A stretch of DNA of 64,000 nt from the human T2T-CHM13v2.0 reference genome, Homo sapiens, in assembly GCF_009914755.1 (NCBI RefSeq), contig NC_060939.1. One strand, given 5' to 3'. Positions 12,978 through 28,599 of this stretch are shown piece after piece (position 1 is the stretch's first letter; each line of letters opens with the position of its first letter). The notes under the pieces were generated by a model. The model did not search any database. It had not been told where the DNA came from and saw only the letters and a program-made list of their open reading frames with translations. Made by a program: the position numbers and the translations under genes.

Positions 12978-14084
12978 GAATTCAGTTCAGGCAAGCATCA
13001 CATCCCCCAAGTTCTTATCATTGGACTGGGCTGTACAATCTACACCACTACCAGGGAAACCTTATTACCCAGTCCCCACTCTAGATGTGGCTCCAGAGAT
13101 TAATGGACAATCAGGAAGTTTTCAGGGGCAGGGGCAGGGGCAGGGGACATGGAGAAGAATGGGTGGAATTTCTCTAAAAGAACAGAGCCAAAGTCTAACC
13201 AAGGAACTCACTTCCCTGCTGGGGTAGTGAGTCTTCACAAGGTCTGCCCTGCAAGATTTCCTTGGTTCTGGACCAGTGACTGCTATGTGCTCCCCAATCT
13301 ACTCCTCTCTTTTTGAGTTTTTGCAGTTGCCCTGTTCCTGCTTTACTATTGTATATTGAGTGTGTGTTGAAGGGAGAAGGAAGTGTAGAGATAAATTGTC
13401 TTTTTGTATACATAGATTACTGAACCATGAAGAGACAAAGTTAGGCCTGAGAATCTTCACTTTGAGCTTAGTTCGGAAATGGGGCAGTGCTTTGGATGGT
13501 CTCCCTTGAGGAAGAGTGGTTGTGCTCTATGTGTGGGAAGAAGAATACACATGACTGATTGGTGGCCGGGGGTGAACTGTGTTGGAGACTGATCGTTAGG
13601 CATAAAAATCCATTCTCCTCTTCTTGTTTGTCTTAATCAGTGTCTGATCAGGAAAACACAAACTGTGTCAGGTGTTTCAAAGAGAGGGAATTAACACAGG
13701 GAAGTGGCTCCAAAGTGTATGGAAGCATTGAAAAGGCAAACAGGAGAAAATGAGGTAATCAAGAAATTAGCAATATCAGAAAACAGCCCTTCCCCTTGTG
13801 GTTAAAGGGACAAAGTAGGAGGTGATGTTACTGTAGCCCAGGAAGCCAGAACCACAATGGGCATGTCTCAGGAGAGCCGGGATCATGGAGGGTAGGACTA
13901 TCGGGCAGGAGGCAGAACTGTGGAGGAAATGCAGCTAAAGCAGAGAGGTAGAAAACTACACTGCCTTTCCTTCTGCTCCTGCCCTCCAGTCCCCCACCAA
14001 TGTCTCCTATTGGCCTACCCTACCCCAAACTAGGGAGCAAAGAAGGCTTGAGTATGAGGTTTCCTGTGATACACACGAGGACAC

Positions 14085-14500
14085 AAGCCAGGCAGTCTGG
14101 GCATAAGGCTAGGCTGCATTTCCCAGTGTCCCTTGCAGTTAGCTGCATCATGCGATTAAGTTATCTTCTTTGGGATGTGAGCGGAGGTGATGCATAACCC
14201 TTCAGAGCCTGGGCCTTGCATCAGAGGGTATGCCCCTCCACATGGTCTTTCTCCTACTCACTGGCTGCCACAGGAGAGATTCAACATTCTCCAGGCAGAC
14301 AGTAACAATGCCCTAGGAAAAGAGGGGCAACACATGCAAGAAGCTGTGTTCCCTGAGTGATTATGTGGAGCAGAGCTGACCCACTGATGTGGATAGCTCA
14401 TCTGGAAACAGGTACAAAAAAGAGAAATAGACTATGTTCTTTAAGCCACTGTATTTTTGAGTTTCTTGGCTACCACAGCTTAGGTCTTTATCCCAATAGA
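14085..14500 (+). mobile_element. Old MLT1 LTR fragment
   Basis: gctaggctgcatttcccagtgtcccttgcagttag ... tttaagccactgtatttttgag signature. Confidence 0.6.
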
Positions 14501-16190
14501 CATGTTTTCAGTTTTTATTCCATTTATTCAAGGATTAATTTTCAGCTACTAGACCTAGGCACCTAGGCACTTAGGTACTATGGATAAAAACATAAACAAG
14601 ACAAGTTCTTATTCTCAGGGAGATCTCTACCTACTAGAAGAGACTGACAAACATAAAATGTTATAGCATAGAGTGCTAAATATTATGAAAGCATAACACC
14701 CTGCAACTGAAGAGGTGACACAATTTAGGAATTATTCTTAAAAGTCAGAGTTGACAGACGGGAACTTGGAGGTTTACAACAATCACTACCAGTGAACAAA
14801 ATTCTACTGTGCCAGACTGTGTATCAGGTCCTTAAAACCTGTTGTCTCACTTAACACTCACCTTTTGAGACAGGTGTTAAAACTCCCCATTTTACAGATG
14901 AAGAAACTGATAATCAGAGAGTTTAAGTAAATTATCTAGGGCCACAGAATTAATTGCTGAGATTTAAGCCCAAGTTGGCTCTTAAACTGATGTTCTTTCC
15001 ACCATGGTAAGCCATCTCTCTATCCAGTGAGCTTTGATTTTGTGCTGCACTTAATAGTGTGCCCACTGGGTAGATGCCTGCTTGTCTGACCTGCGCTAAA
15101 CATCTATTTAACTCATTGCTCAGGTCCACAAGGAGAAGACAGAAGAAAGTGGGGAGACAAGAGGCTGCTCTTGTTACTTGATTTCTTTGCTTTATTTCTG
15201 ACCAGAATAAGGTGTTCACCACCAGCATGACTGTCCTCCTTGTTTCATACCAAATTTGTTCTAAATTATTTCAGACAATTTCCCAAAAATAGCTAGACTT
15301 AAAGGACAAAGATTTACCACCATGAAGGATATTCAAAAAAACGCTCTGGGTTCTGGCAATGTTCAACATTTCTGTCTCTGAAAGTTTTGGGGCAAAAGAA
15401 AGAGCATGGGAACCGCTTTCCACTGGGCCTGAGGACCCCATTTTTAACCATCTGAAAAAGAGACATGTGAACTGGCACTGACTTTAGGGACATCTTTCAA
15501 TGATCAAGAATATCAACGACAATGCCAACACTAATATATCCAAATACTGGATTAATAATTGAACAAAATTGTAGCACCCCATGTGACTCTCCCCTTCTAA
15601 ATTTAAAAATGATAAAATGAGACTGACTGATCTCAAGAGGGATTTTATTTATGTATCTCCTTGACATTCTAAGAGAGAGTGAGAACTGTAGTTAACTATT
15701 GGAAAGGAGGAACATAAGCCTTTTCAAGGTCCAAAGGCCCTTGCTCAGTTTTGAATGATGCTCAGTTGCCAGTCTCTGCCACTTTTGCAAATGATCATTT
15801 ATTAAATAAGAAGGGACATTTTGAAGACAGCTGAGTCTTCAAAACATGAAAAAGTAATACAGTCTCAGAGCAAGAGGGTGATAAATTATGTCATGTGAAC
15901 CCAGCCATGGTGTGCCCTGAATGCTTATGGAAAAGTCATTGTGTAACAGTAAATAACGGGTGGATCATAAGGTGTTTTCTTCCAGAGCATTCACAATGCT
16001 TGACGTGCTTGTTAGTTCACAAAGCGTTACAAAGTATGTGAATGGTACAGTAAGGCCAGTTTGGCAGGGGCAGGGACTAAGACTTGAAGTGATTATGTCC
16101 AAGATGACAGAGACAAACGCACTTGTGGGTGCAGAGCCTATATCTCCTGGGTCAAATACCAATTCTAAATATCAGCCCACCTATCCTTCT

Positions 16191-17025
16191 TGTTTAGAAA
16201 AAACTCAAACTACTTTTTCGTCTTCTCCTACACCACAACAGTCACCAACACAGAAGACATCCACGATCAAAATGTTGGGTGTAGGGGGATGTTTCTCCCC
16301 ACCACCAAGTGAGCAATCAGTTTTGCAGTGGATACCAGCTGGGCATCCTCCAGTTCAATTCCAACACCATCTATGTGAAGCCAGTGCCAGATCCCACAGG
16401 TTGAAGGTTCAGTCCCCAGAACTTCCCCTGCTTCGAATAGCAGGCACAAGTCCAGGCCTCTGGAACTTCTGACCAACCAGCTTCAAGTTGGGGTTCCCAA
16501 AACCTCCTCTTTGGGTTCCATTAATTTACTAGAGCAGCTCACAAAACTCAAGGAAACACTTACATTTACTGGTTTATTGTAAAGGGTATTACAAAGGATA
16601 TAGATGAAGAGATGGATAGGACAAGATATGGAAGAAGGGGCATGGGGCTTCCACACTCTCCCTGGGTACGCCAACCTCTTAAAACCTCCTTGTGTTCAGC
16701 TATCCAGAAGCTCTCCGAACCCAGTCCTCTTGGGTTGTTATGGAGGCTTTGTTACATAGGCATGATTGATTAAACCTCTGGCCATTGGCAATCAACTTAA
16801 CCTTCAGCGCCCCCCCACCCCAGCCCCCACAGGTTGAGGGGTAGGGCTGAAAGTCTCAATCTTCTAATCATGCTTCTGTCTTCTCAGGGTTTCTGGCAAC
16901 CAGCCCTATCCTGAAGCTTCTGTGAACGTTAGTATACAAAAAGCACTTTGGAGATTCTGAGGATTTTAGGAGTTGTATGCCAGGAAACTGGGAAGAAGAT
17001 GACATATATATATTTTCATATCACA
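16191..17025 (-). mobile_element. MER21-family solo LTR
   Basis: cagatcccacaggttgaaggttcagtccc...ttcagctatccagaagctctccgaaccc...atatcaca; perfect 5-bp TSD cttct at 16186-16190 and 17026-17030. Confidence 0.85.
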
Positions 17026-17709
17026 CTTCTCTATCAGGCATTTTTGCTAAAATCCAATAGTGGTCAGGGTAACAAATTTAATCAAGATCTTATGCAAACT
17101 TGACTGTAGATTGAGCTTGCCAATATACATATAAAATAAACCAGCTCACAAAAAGATAAAAAATTTGATCTCCCACCCTCTTTTAGGGCAATCCACAAAA
17201 ATCAAATAAGATCAAATCTGTACTTTCCCTACTGTCTGGGCTTAAATTATTAGTAAGAATGAATGGATGACTACATCTTGATTAGTTTCATTCTTCTTCA
17301 TATCCTAAGCATAAGCTAAAAACTGAAGATATTTTAGTCAATGTAAAATCGTTTAATTTTTTTCTCAGATCTTGAAAGAGGCTCCCAAGTCTAGTTGAGG
17401 GTTTGGGGAAAAAAGATAACTTTGTCCAGCTTCTTTGAAAAATGAGACTACATTGAAGATATGGCTCACCAGAGACCTGGAGAAGTCCATTTTGTCACCT
17501 CCTTGTGTCACTGGCTCATTGCACAAGTGGTCTTTCAAGGCAATTCCAAGCACCATTTTGCAATGTCTCACCCTTAGGGGTTGTCCTAGTTAGCATGTCT
17601 GGGGATATCTATTATCTTGGACAATACACATTTCCCCAAATACATGCACTCCCAAAATTAAATAAAAGGAGCATAACAAACAATAGATTAAGAAGTATTA
17701 AATCAAATA

Positions 17710-18554
17710 AAGGATATAGGGGAAAACAACAAGCCTGTGTGTTTTTACTACTCTCACACTCCAACCAATCAATTCTCCAGCAAATGTGAGCGGGACTTTC
17801 CCCACACACCGAGCAAGCAATTCTGCAGTGAACACCAGCTGAGTATCCTCTAATTCAATTCAATTCTCACACCATCTACCTGAAGATATCATCGGACCCC
17901 ACAGATTGAGGACTCAGTCCCAGAAAACTGCCTCCCCACTTCAGACGCCAATCACAAGCGTAGGTTGTGACCTGTGCTTCTGACCCACTGGCTATAAATC
18001 AGGGCTCCTGTGACCCTCATTTGTGTTCGATTAATTTGCTAGAGAAGCTCACAGAATTCAGGAAAATACTTTACGTTTACCCATTTATTTTAAAGGATAT
18101 CAAAAAGGATACAGATGAACAGCCAGATGGAAGAGATGCTTGAAGCAATGTATGTGGGAAGATGCATGGAGCTTCTGTTCCTTCCTCAGCAAGTCTCCCC
18201 CTAGGAACTTCCACACGTGAACATACAGAAGCTCTCTGAACCCAGTCTTTTGTGGTTTTATGGAAGTTTCATTATATAAACATAATTGATTACATCATTG
18301 GCCATCGGTGATCAACTCAGTCTTCATCTCTTCTCTCCTCCCTAGAGGTTGGGGATTGGGGCTGAAAGTCCCAATCTTCCACTCATGCCTTGGTCTTTCT
18401 GATGAGCAGCCTCATCATGAACTACCTACTCTGGCCACCAGTCATCTCATTAGCATGCAAAAGATGTTGTTATTACTCCAGAGATTTCCAGAGTTTTAGG
18501 AGCTATATGTCAGAAAATGGGTCAAAGACCAAATATATATTTTACAATGTCACA
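17710..18554 (-). mobile_element. Second MER21-family LTR
   Basis: Same motif order as 16191-17025 but clearly diverged from it; ends gaccaaatatatattttacaatgtcaca. Left boundary approximate. Confidence 0.8.
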
Positions 18555-18599
18555 ATTACCCTATTATATATCATTAAGCCAAGAATCTCAAAATGTTCT

Positions 18600-19767
<1,168 letters not shown>

Positions 19768-20575
19768 TGGCCTCTCCCTTTTCAACTGTGCACCTCTAGT
19801 CCAGAGCCTTGCATTTACTTCTCCACATTACTCCTCTGCATGGAGAAGAAAAGGAGCTCTTTGAGTTCTACCAAAAGTAGACAATCAAGTTCGGGGACCC
19901 AGCATTAGACTTTTCTGAGCCCTGTTTTTATTAGTTTGCTATTGCTCTTAACACTCTTTCATGTAAAGTCCCTCAGGGATGAGTATTAATTGGCACCTGC
20001 CTATTTTGGCATCTTCCTCAGCGACGGGAGACAACTCAGAAACAAAGAGCCAGCATTTCCAATGGCTGGACCTTTGTCAGCTCTCTAAGGACCCAAATGT
20101 TGAAAGAGATGGACCACAGAAAGGGCCTCTGAATCTGCAGGCCAGAACAGAGAAGTGGTAGGTGAGTTTTAACAGGGTTAGGAGTGAAATAAATCCAAGT
20201 CAGAAATAGGAAGAAGAGCCAGAACAGTGAGTGAGAACTGGGCTCAGTGAGGATTGCCAGTTGAGACGTTAAAGCGATGTTCTTCTTTGGCCATAAACTC
20301 TTCCGAACACTTTATATATATTAAGCCACTTATTCCCCACCAAAAAAACAGCAAGTTTGGTGCCATAATTATCACTCAGTTGAAGAAAGGGAGGTGCAGA
20401 CAAATTAAGTAATTTGCCCAACATCACACAGCTAGTAAATGGCATTGTGGTGTCCCAATCTGCTTCATATTTTTTCAAAAATTTATGAAAATATACAAAC
20501 TAATTCAAAGAATAGGTCAGTGATAACCTATTGCTCACTACTTAGCTCCAATAATTTTGCCAGATTTTTATCCAC

Positions 20576-20579
<4 letters not shown>

Positions 20580-20611
<32 letters not shown>
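20580..20611. repeat. (TG)n microsatellite
   Basis: Directly visible, ~15 units. Confidence 0.97.
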
Positions 20612-20613
<2 letters not shown>

Positions 20614-20845
20614 ATCTTTTTTTCCTGAAACATTTAAAGTTTCATAATACTTCACCCCTAAATACTGCAGTACATATATCCTTACAACAGGGTGTTCTAC
20701 ACAATATGATTTATTACACGTAAGGTATTGGAAAGTCTCTAGCATAATCCAATAGACAGTTCATATGCATATGTCCTCCATTGCTTAAAAAAAGGTACAA
20801 AGCTTTTAAAAGAACAGAAAAAAATTTCACACATTACATTTTAGC

Positions 20846-21196
20846 TTCTTTCTTCTTTCTTTGTTTCTTTTTCTTTCTTTCTCTCTTTTTCTTTCTATTT
20901 CTTCCTTCTGTCTTTCTTTCTTTTGAGATAGGGTCTCATTTTGTCGCTCAGGCTGGAGTGAAGTGGCACAGTCATGGTTCACTACATCTTCGACCTCCTG
21001 GGATCAAGTGATCGTCCCACCTCAACCTCTACAGTAGCTGGGATTACAGGCACACGACACCACGTCCAGCTTTTTTTTTTTTAATTTTGTGTAAAGATGG
21101 TGCCCAGACTGGTCTCAAACTCCTGGGCTCAAGCAATCCTCCCACCTTGGCCTCCTAAAGTGCTGGGATTACAGGTGTGAGCCATCAAACCTGGCC
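20846..21196 (-). mobile_element. Alu (AluJ-like) with CT-rich tail
   Basis: gagatagggtctc...ctcctgggctcaagcaatcctccc...gctgggattacaggtgtgagcc. Confidence 0.92.
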
Positions 21197-21589
21197 TTGT
21201 TTTTTTAGAGAAGAGCCCTTCCACCTCATTTTTTCATGACATCAGTTTTTTGAAGAGGCCAGGCCAGTTGACTTCTGCGTTGTCTGAGGCTTCTCTGAAA
21301 AGACTCACACTGATTCTCAAGTGCCTCACATACACATCTATCCAGAGCTGAGAATGGAACCACTTCTGTCTTCTGCCAAAACATCCACCCTTCCCCAATA
21401 TGGCCTTCCCACAGCCCCTTGTAGACTATTATAATGTTTAATGTATACAGACTGATTGTCTATTTTAACAGCATCCAGCAGTTTCCTTAATTTGTATACC
21501 TGAGTTCTGGCATAAGGCCTGGCACAGGGTGGGCCCTCAGTGGATGATTTGATAAAACAAATGAGCCTAATCTCTCTTTTCAAATGCTT

Positions 21590-24060
21590 TTGAAAATTGC
21601 ACTATAATATATATTCAGAAAATGCATAGATCTTAAGTGAACAGATCTAAGAACTGTTACAAACATGTGCTCTGTAATGGCCTGTATCAGGATAGAAAGC
21701 ATTTACCAAACTTCCAGAATGCTGCCCCATACCCCTCCCCACCACCCACCCACAAGGGTAGCCACTGCCCTGACTTCTGTCATCATAGTTTAATTTTATC
21801 TGTTTTTCAATGAATAAATAATGTCATAAATAGACTCTTTAGTGTCTCCTTCTTTCACTCAAAATTATACCTGCAAGACCCATCTGTGTTGTCCCAGTAT
21901 TGTTCATAATGCAGAAGTTCATTACTTTTTGCTGCTATGTAATATTCCATTGTAAAAATTAACCATAATTTATTTCTTGATATCTGTTTTTTTGTGTTAT
22001 TTTTCTATTTTGAGGCTATTAGGAGTAATGCTTCTAGCAACCTTTTTATACTTGTCTCTGTTGAGTGCATATCTGTAGTATAATTTCTGGGACTTAGGGA
22101 CACTGCATATTCTCGTTTAGTAAATACAATCAAACAGGTTTCCAAGGCGGATACTCTAATTTACACCAGCAGAAAGTTTGGGACAGCTCACTTATTCCAC
22201 ATCCTCTCCAATGCTGGGCATTGTTGTTAGGCTTTTTAATTTTACTCGTTTTGATGGGTATGTAAATGGCATATCATTCTGGTTTGAATTTGCGATTTTC
22301 CATGATCAACTTTGCTTATACTTATCGGCCATCTGTAAATTCTCCTTTGTCCAAGTATTTTGCCTTTGTTGAACATTAGGTTGACAGTGTTTTCCTTACT
22401 GATTTAAAGGACTTCTATATATACTAGATGCAAATGTTTTCTTCCTGTGTGGTTTACCTTCACACTCTCTTAATGCTATCTTACTGGCATTTTAAAGTCT
22501 TATTTTAAAATTTTTGCCTGACCTAGGGCCAAAAGGATATTTTCTACTTTTCGTTCTGGAAGTTTTATTGCTTTACTTTAACATATTTAGATTTGTGACC
22601 CATCTGGAATTCATTTTTGCCCCCTGTAGATATCCAATTATTACAGCACCATTTGTAGAAAAGACATTCTGGACTACAGTAGCAATTTTGTCATAAATCA
22701 GCAGACCACATATATATGGACCTATTCCTGGGCTGCCTATTTTGTTCTTTTGCTATGTTTGTCAATCATTACAATAATATCACTCTGACCCGACTACTGC
22801 AGCTTTATAATAAATCTTAACGTTTGGTAGCAAAAGTTCTTCAATTTTGCTCTTCTTCAAGCTCTTCTACACTATTCTCTGTCCTTTACATATTCACATA
22901 CATTTTTAAATTGGCTTGTCAATTTCCACAGGAATACCTGCTAGAATTTTAATTGAGATTCCGTTGAATTTATGGTGAAACTAGAGATGATTTAACATAT
23001 TTACAATATTTAATCTTCTAACTCATGAACATTTTGTATTTCCTCCATATACTTGGGTCTTTTAGAATCTGTATCTGTAATGTTTTATGACTTTATAAGT
23101 AAAAGCCTTATAGGCCTTTCATTAAATTTATTCCCAGTGATTATTTTGTATTCTATTTCAAATGGTGGTTTTTAAAAAATATCATACTCTAATTGTTTCT
23201 GCCTAGTATATAGAAGTACAATTTATTTTGACAGGCTGAGATTGTATGCTGCAATCTTGCAAAATTAAATTACTAATTCTAATGGCTTATTTGTTTACTT
23301 TTTGGTAAAAATAAAAAATAAACACATTTTTGCATATATCATGTCATCTGCAAATAATAACAGCTTTATTTTGTCCTTCTCAATTCTTGTGCCATTTATT
23401 TGCTTGCCTTATTGCACTAGATAACACCTTTAGTAAAATGTTGAGTAAAATAGGGACAGCAGAAATTCATGTCTTACTCCTAATTTGAGGGGGAGAGTTT
23501 TAACATTTCATCATTAAGTATAAAATTAGTCATAGAGTTGTTATCGATGACCTTTATTAGATAAAGGAAATTCCCTGTTATTTCTATTTTGCTTAGCCTT
23601 TCTATCATGAATCAATGTAAATTATATTACATATCTTAATGCACTTATTGAGATAATCACAATTCCCTCCATATTCTCATTTATTCAGTAAACTGTGTCA
23701 TTGGAGATTCTAATATTTCTTCTTTTTTCTTTTGGTTCCACAGCATTTGGAATGATTTTCAATTGTTAAACCAGCCTTGCATTCTTGGAATAATTCCAAC
23801 TTGGTTGTAATGTATTTTCCTTTTAATATGTTACTAGATTCTGGTTGCTCACATTTTGTTAAGAACTTTTGTACCTAAGTTCATGAGGAAGATAAAAAAT
23901 AATTTTGTTGTAATGTCTTTGTCAGTTTTATTATTAAGGCTATTTAACCTCATGCCAGGTTGAGAACATGTTGGAAAATGTACATGATTCTTCTTTTTTA
24001 TGCATGATGCAATTTAAGCTCACTTCTCTACAGTCCTTTTTTCTCTGAGGTCTTGGCTTC
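21590..24060 (-). mobile_element. Ancient L1M (L1MC/ME-type) 3' region with ORF2 remnants
   Basis: T-rich antisense L1 motifs throughout (tattccattgt, cacatcctctccaa, cagcaccatttgtagaaaagac, atcatgtcatctgcaaataa, ccagccttgcattcttggaataa). Confidence 0.8.
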
Positions 24061-25061
24061 ACAAACCCTGACTGCCTTAACAGCCTTAAATTCCAATTTT
24101 ATGTTTACCTCAGCTGTAAGCCTTTGGTCTCTGCTCTGTGACATACATCATTAAGCACCCTGAGGAGAAATGTGGTGGCCACCATAGAGCTCACGTCTAT
24201 CTGTTCCTTTTCTTTCAGGATCTTGGCCACTCAAATCTTGGCTGCCTTTCAACAGCTTTTTAAAATCTAGTTTTTTATCGTTGTTCCTGGCAGGCACGAG
24301 TTATTTATCATAACCAAAATAGGAAGTCTAATCTTCATCTTTAAAGTTGACATCAGATTGGACCATCTCTCATTGTTCCTTCCTTGGTAATAGAATATTG
24401 GGATAGCAGTACCCACAAGAACGACTTCGTGGTATAAGGCAAAGATATGAAGCAGTGATTGCATGAAGAGCATCTGTAGCCAAGCCTGGGCTTGGATTTC
24501 AGCTCTGCTACACCTAGACGTGTGAGTTTGAGAACTTTTCTACACTTCAGTACACACATTATAATACGGAATAACAACAGTATCTACCTCATAGGCTTAT
24601 TGGGAAGACTAGACCTAGTGAAATAATATATCTGAAATAGGTACTCCGTGCCTTAAACGGGGTGATAAAATAAAGTGCTGGCTACCATTAAATTAATTTT
24701 TATTATTTGATTTCTGATGTGTCTCTTAATCACTTTTTATTAATATTTTACACAAATATAGAAAAGTCTAATGAGTTTATGCTTTTTCTTGTGTCTGGCA
24801 AATAGTAGGCACTCAACTATTCAATATTTGTTAAACAGGCTTAGTCGTGAAGGGATTTAACTCCACACATGGCTAGCAATGGTTTATTCAATTCCTTTGA
24901 TTCCAAAATCATGATGATTTCCATCAGCAGTATTAAATCACAAACTTATCAGCTACTCTTCTTTAAACTGGGCATAATCTCAGTCACCGTAATCATTTTG
25001 AGACACCATCGACTGTTCTCACCTCCATCTCAAACAAAGCCAGGAAGAAGAAACCTAACGC

Positions 25062-25392
25062 TTTTTTTTTTTTTTTTTTTTTTTTTTAGAAGGAATCTCG
25101 CTCTGTCACCCAGGCTGGAGTGCAGTGGTGCCATCTCGGCTCACTGCAACCTTCCCCTCCTGGGTTTCTGGGTCCAAGAGATTCTCCTGCCTCAACCTCC
25201 CGAGTAGATGGGATTACAGGTGCCTACCACCACACCCGCCTTTTTTTTTTTTTTTTTTTTTTTTGGAATTTTTAGTTGAGATGGGATTTGCCATGTTGGC
25301 CGGGCTCATCTCAAACTCCTGACCTCAGGTGATCCACCTGCCTCAGCCTCCCAAAGTGCTGGGATTACAGGCGTGAGCCACTGTGCCTGGCC
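25062..25392 (-). mobile_element. AluS with long tail and expanded middle poly-T
   Basis: Full dimer, TSD gaaacctaac at 25050-25059 and 25393-25402; middle T-run 25241-25264. Confidence 0.95.
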
Positions 25393-25864
25393 GAAACCTA
25401 ACACTTCTAAGGAAAATTATGAAGCCCCTCTATCTCTAAGGTACACAGCTCTTCTAAAAAGAAATAATTTTATTGTGATTTTATACTGTATAGTCTTTAA
25501 GAAGAATAAATGTGTTTGGACAATAAGTTTTGTATGTAGCCCGGCAATGGAACCCATAGCTGAAAAGAACACTCAAATGGGAGAATTAGCCTCCCTTGCC
25601 CACCCAGCTGAGCCTATACTCACCCTCAGTACCTGTGAAATATTATTGCCCACCTGGCTGGAGCACAGACATGTCTTGGAACCTGGAGAATGAGACGAGA
25701 GCAATCTCTGAGGGTAGAAGATGAGATCTTTTTTTTGTGGAAGGGATGGGCTTTCCCCAGGCAGGTGATGTTTTGTCACACTTTGAGAGATTGGAGGTGG
25801 GATGTGCTGTTGTGCTGAGGACAGAAGGAAAGACCAGGTACCCTGCAGCTGGAGAGTCCCTGGG

Positions 25865-26860
25865 CACAGGGCAGCTCAGGATTTCACAGGTCTTGGAACA
25901 TACCATTTAGGAGTCCTTATTAGAAAAAAGAATACAACACTAAAGATACAAAAATCAGCCTCAAAGGTGATCATTTATCTTGAATGCAGAAACTACAAAA
26001 ATTTTTAAAAGTTGACCAACACCACAAATACACAGCAAATAACACTTTGATGACTTCATTATTTGGCATACTTCTCTTTTTGTTCACAGTTTTTTAATTT
26101 TGTTTGTTTGTCCAGTTATTGGCTAAATATCCTGGGATTTTGTAACATTTCCTGTAAAGAAATTAGGAAGGTAGTTCCATCTCTTCATTAGCAAGATAGT
26201 GTAAACCTTATCTTTTATTATTGAGAGTTTAGGAAATTTCATTTTGCTTCAAAAATTATTGTTGGTAATGTCATATGATTTTTTTGAGATTGTTACAGAC
26301 CCCAGAAAACTAATATCTACTTTCTTTTTTTGTGTGAGCTGTTAGATTTGGAAGAATTTTCCAGGCTAGTATCTGACTTTGTACATTTCATCCCTTGTTC
26401 TCCCATTATGGTGCTAGGCTTCACAAGACGCCATTCCTGTGACGTCAGGCCATGCTCATTTGTAGGATGATGCTAGGAGACCCAGCATGTGGGGCAGCAT
26501 GGCTAATCCTCCAAGCCACTCCTATGGGGCAGCTTCTAGTGACTATATATGGCAGCAATGGCAATGACACAAAAAATTTATATCGAGACAAACTAAATGT
26601 ATTCTCAATGCAACTTTCCTCTCACTATTTCACAGATGTCCATGGCCACTCTATTCCCCCACCCCACCTCTCATGACAATCAGAGGGGATGTTGACAGGG
26701 AATAAAATGGAGTGGCAATAGAGACGGTCCTGCAACACTTGGAATGAAAATATCTTACTCCTACAAATTGAACAAAAAGCTACAAACACTTGAACACATT
26801 TCTAGTTCTCCTCCCAGGGTCATGTAAGGGAGGGGCCCTGAAGCTAAGGCTTTGTTTGTT
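25865..26860. mobile_element. Probable hAT-Tip100 (Zaphod/MER115-like) relic
   Basis: Terminal gggaggggccctgaagctaaggctt motif, recalled from this family; interior AT-rich and unaligned by eye. Confidence 0.4.
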
Positions 26861-27901
26861 TCTTGGCAAACACACCTCTGCCAGGACGCCACCATTTCTG
26901 CCTACACCCAGAGTCCAGGTGTATCTTTCCTTGTGTGTGGCAAAGAAGTTCTAAATTACCTGGGACTTCTTATTTTGCCTTTCTTAGCTTGTCTTTGCCT
27001 TCTGGAAACTCCTTCCTCATTCAGCAAAGAGCTTTACATGGACCCATGGGTTAGCCTTGTGGAGATGGAGGGTTTAGGGTAGGAAGAGGATGGAGCATTG
27101 TTCCTCCCCATGAGTTCCCAGCCTCCAGGGATAAAGGAGATTTTCAACCTATCAGGAGAACCAGAGCATGATATTATCAGTAGAACTGACTTTAGTGGAC
27201 TCACCCTAGATCCCGCAGGAGTGTCCCAGAAGAAGGCATTAGTGGGGCTCACCTCTCTGCAAAGCTGGGATCTCAGCATGTGGTGGATTTGAAATATAAC
27301 AAATGCATCTTCAATTGATGCCCCTTTCCATTGCACTCCCATACAGTCACCCTGAATCTGCCATGTGGCTCTCATGGTGTAGCCAAGAGAAGGAACTCAG
27401 AGTCTGATGCCAGTTGGCAAGGCAAGGAAAATGAAGTTATAGTCTCTGTCTGTACAAATTCTATAACTTTTTTTGTTTGGGTCATTGTTATGGTTAAAAC
27501 ACAAGTTGAATACTTCCCCCTCAAAATGGCCCCTGGCCAGTGACCCTTTGGCCAGTCCAATCTTGAATACAATTGCTTCCATTGCTAACCAGCGTGGAGG
27601 GTTGAGGAGATCAGCTACTGACTGTATCGCAGACTTCCCAGAATTTGGAGATTGGCTGCTGTCACTGTGAGAATGATTGAGGTCAAGTGAACATGGAAAC
27701 CAAGGAATTAAGATAACCCAGGCACAAAGGTCTCGAAGAACAATGCACCCCTGTTCTTGATGTTTTTCTGAGGAATTTCCCCGTGCTGCACTGGACAGGG
27801 ACCAGGTCCTTTCCTTGGTTACAAAGGCCCATTATCACAGGCAAAAGGCGGCATCCATGTGCCTTCCTGGAATTCTATGAAACTAAATGCCATGCTGGTG
27901 T

Positions 27902-27903
<2 letters not shown>

Positions 27904-27951
<48 letters not shown>

Positions 27952-27952
27952 C
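27904..27952. repeat. (TG)n(CG)n microsatellite
   Basis: About 21 TG units followed by cgcgcgc. Confidence 0.97.
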
Positions 27953-28599
27953 TTGCCCACATAGGTCAAACATTTGAAAAATGTCTTATGGCCTCATTCA
28001 AGATCACAGTTACTTAGATGTGCCTGCCTGATTCCAAAATGCATAGATATTCTGTGCCGCAGCTGGCTGTCCCATTACGGGAGATTGCCTAGACTGAGAG
28101 AAAATAATGGTCTTCTAGAACCACTGAGCTATGCAGACTATGTGATGAGTTGAAACAAAATACACCATCATAAGAATGGCTAACTGTTATTAAAGCCTAT
28201 TGACACAGTGAATGATAGAATGTTCACGCTAGAAGAGATCTTACCATGAATCACAGATTCAGTTTCTAGCTACTGAGGATCTACTATGTGCCGTGCATTT
28301 TTCCACACACTAAGGATATAGAAATTAATGGGATAGATTATTTTCCCTCAGAAGTTTACATCCTAGGAGGGAAGACAGACAATTAGCAAGTAAATGAACA
28401 AGACATTTCTGATAATTATAAGTGCCACAATGGAAATAAAGTAGATGTACGGTAAAGAGTCACTGTGAGGGGTGGGAGGGCTTCTTCAGATAGGGCAGTC
28501 AGGAGAGGGCTCTGTGTTGACTATCGCTCCTACAGATCCACAGTCCACCTTCCCCGGCTAGCTCTGTGTCCCAGGAGGCAGATCTTCATTCAGTTCTTA

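Noticed and set aside
16191-18554. Two same-orientation MER21 LTRs as a single deleted provirus
   Set aside because: The left LTR has its own perfect 5-bp TSD (cttct) and the two LTRs differ substantially, indicating independent solo LTRs.
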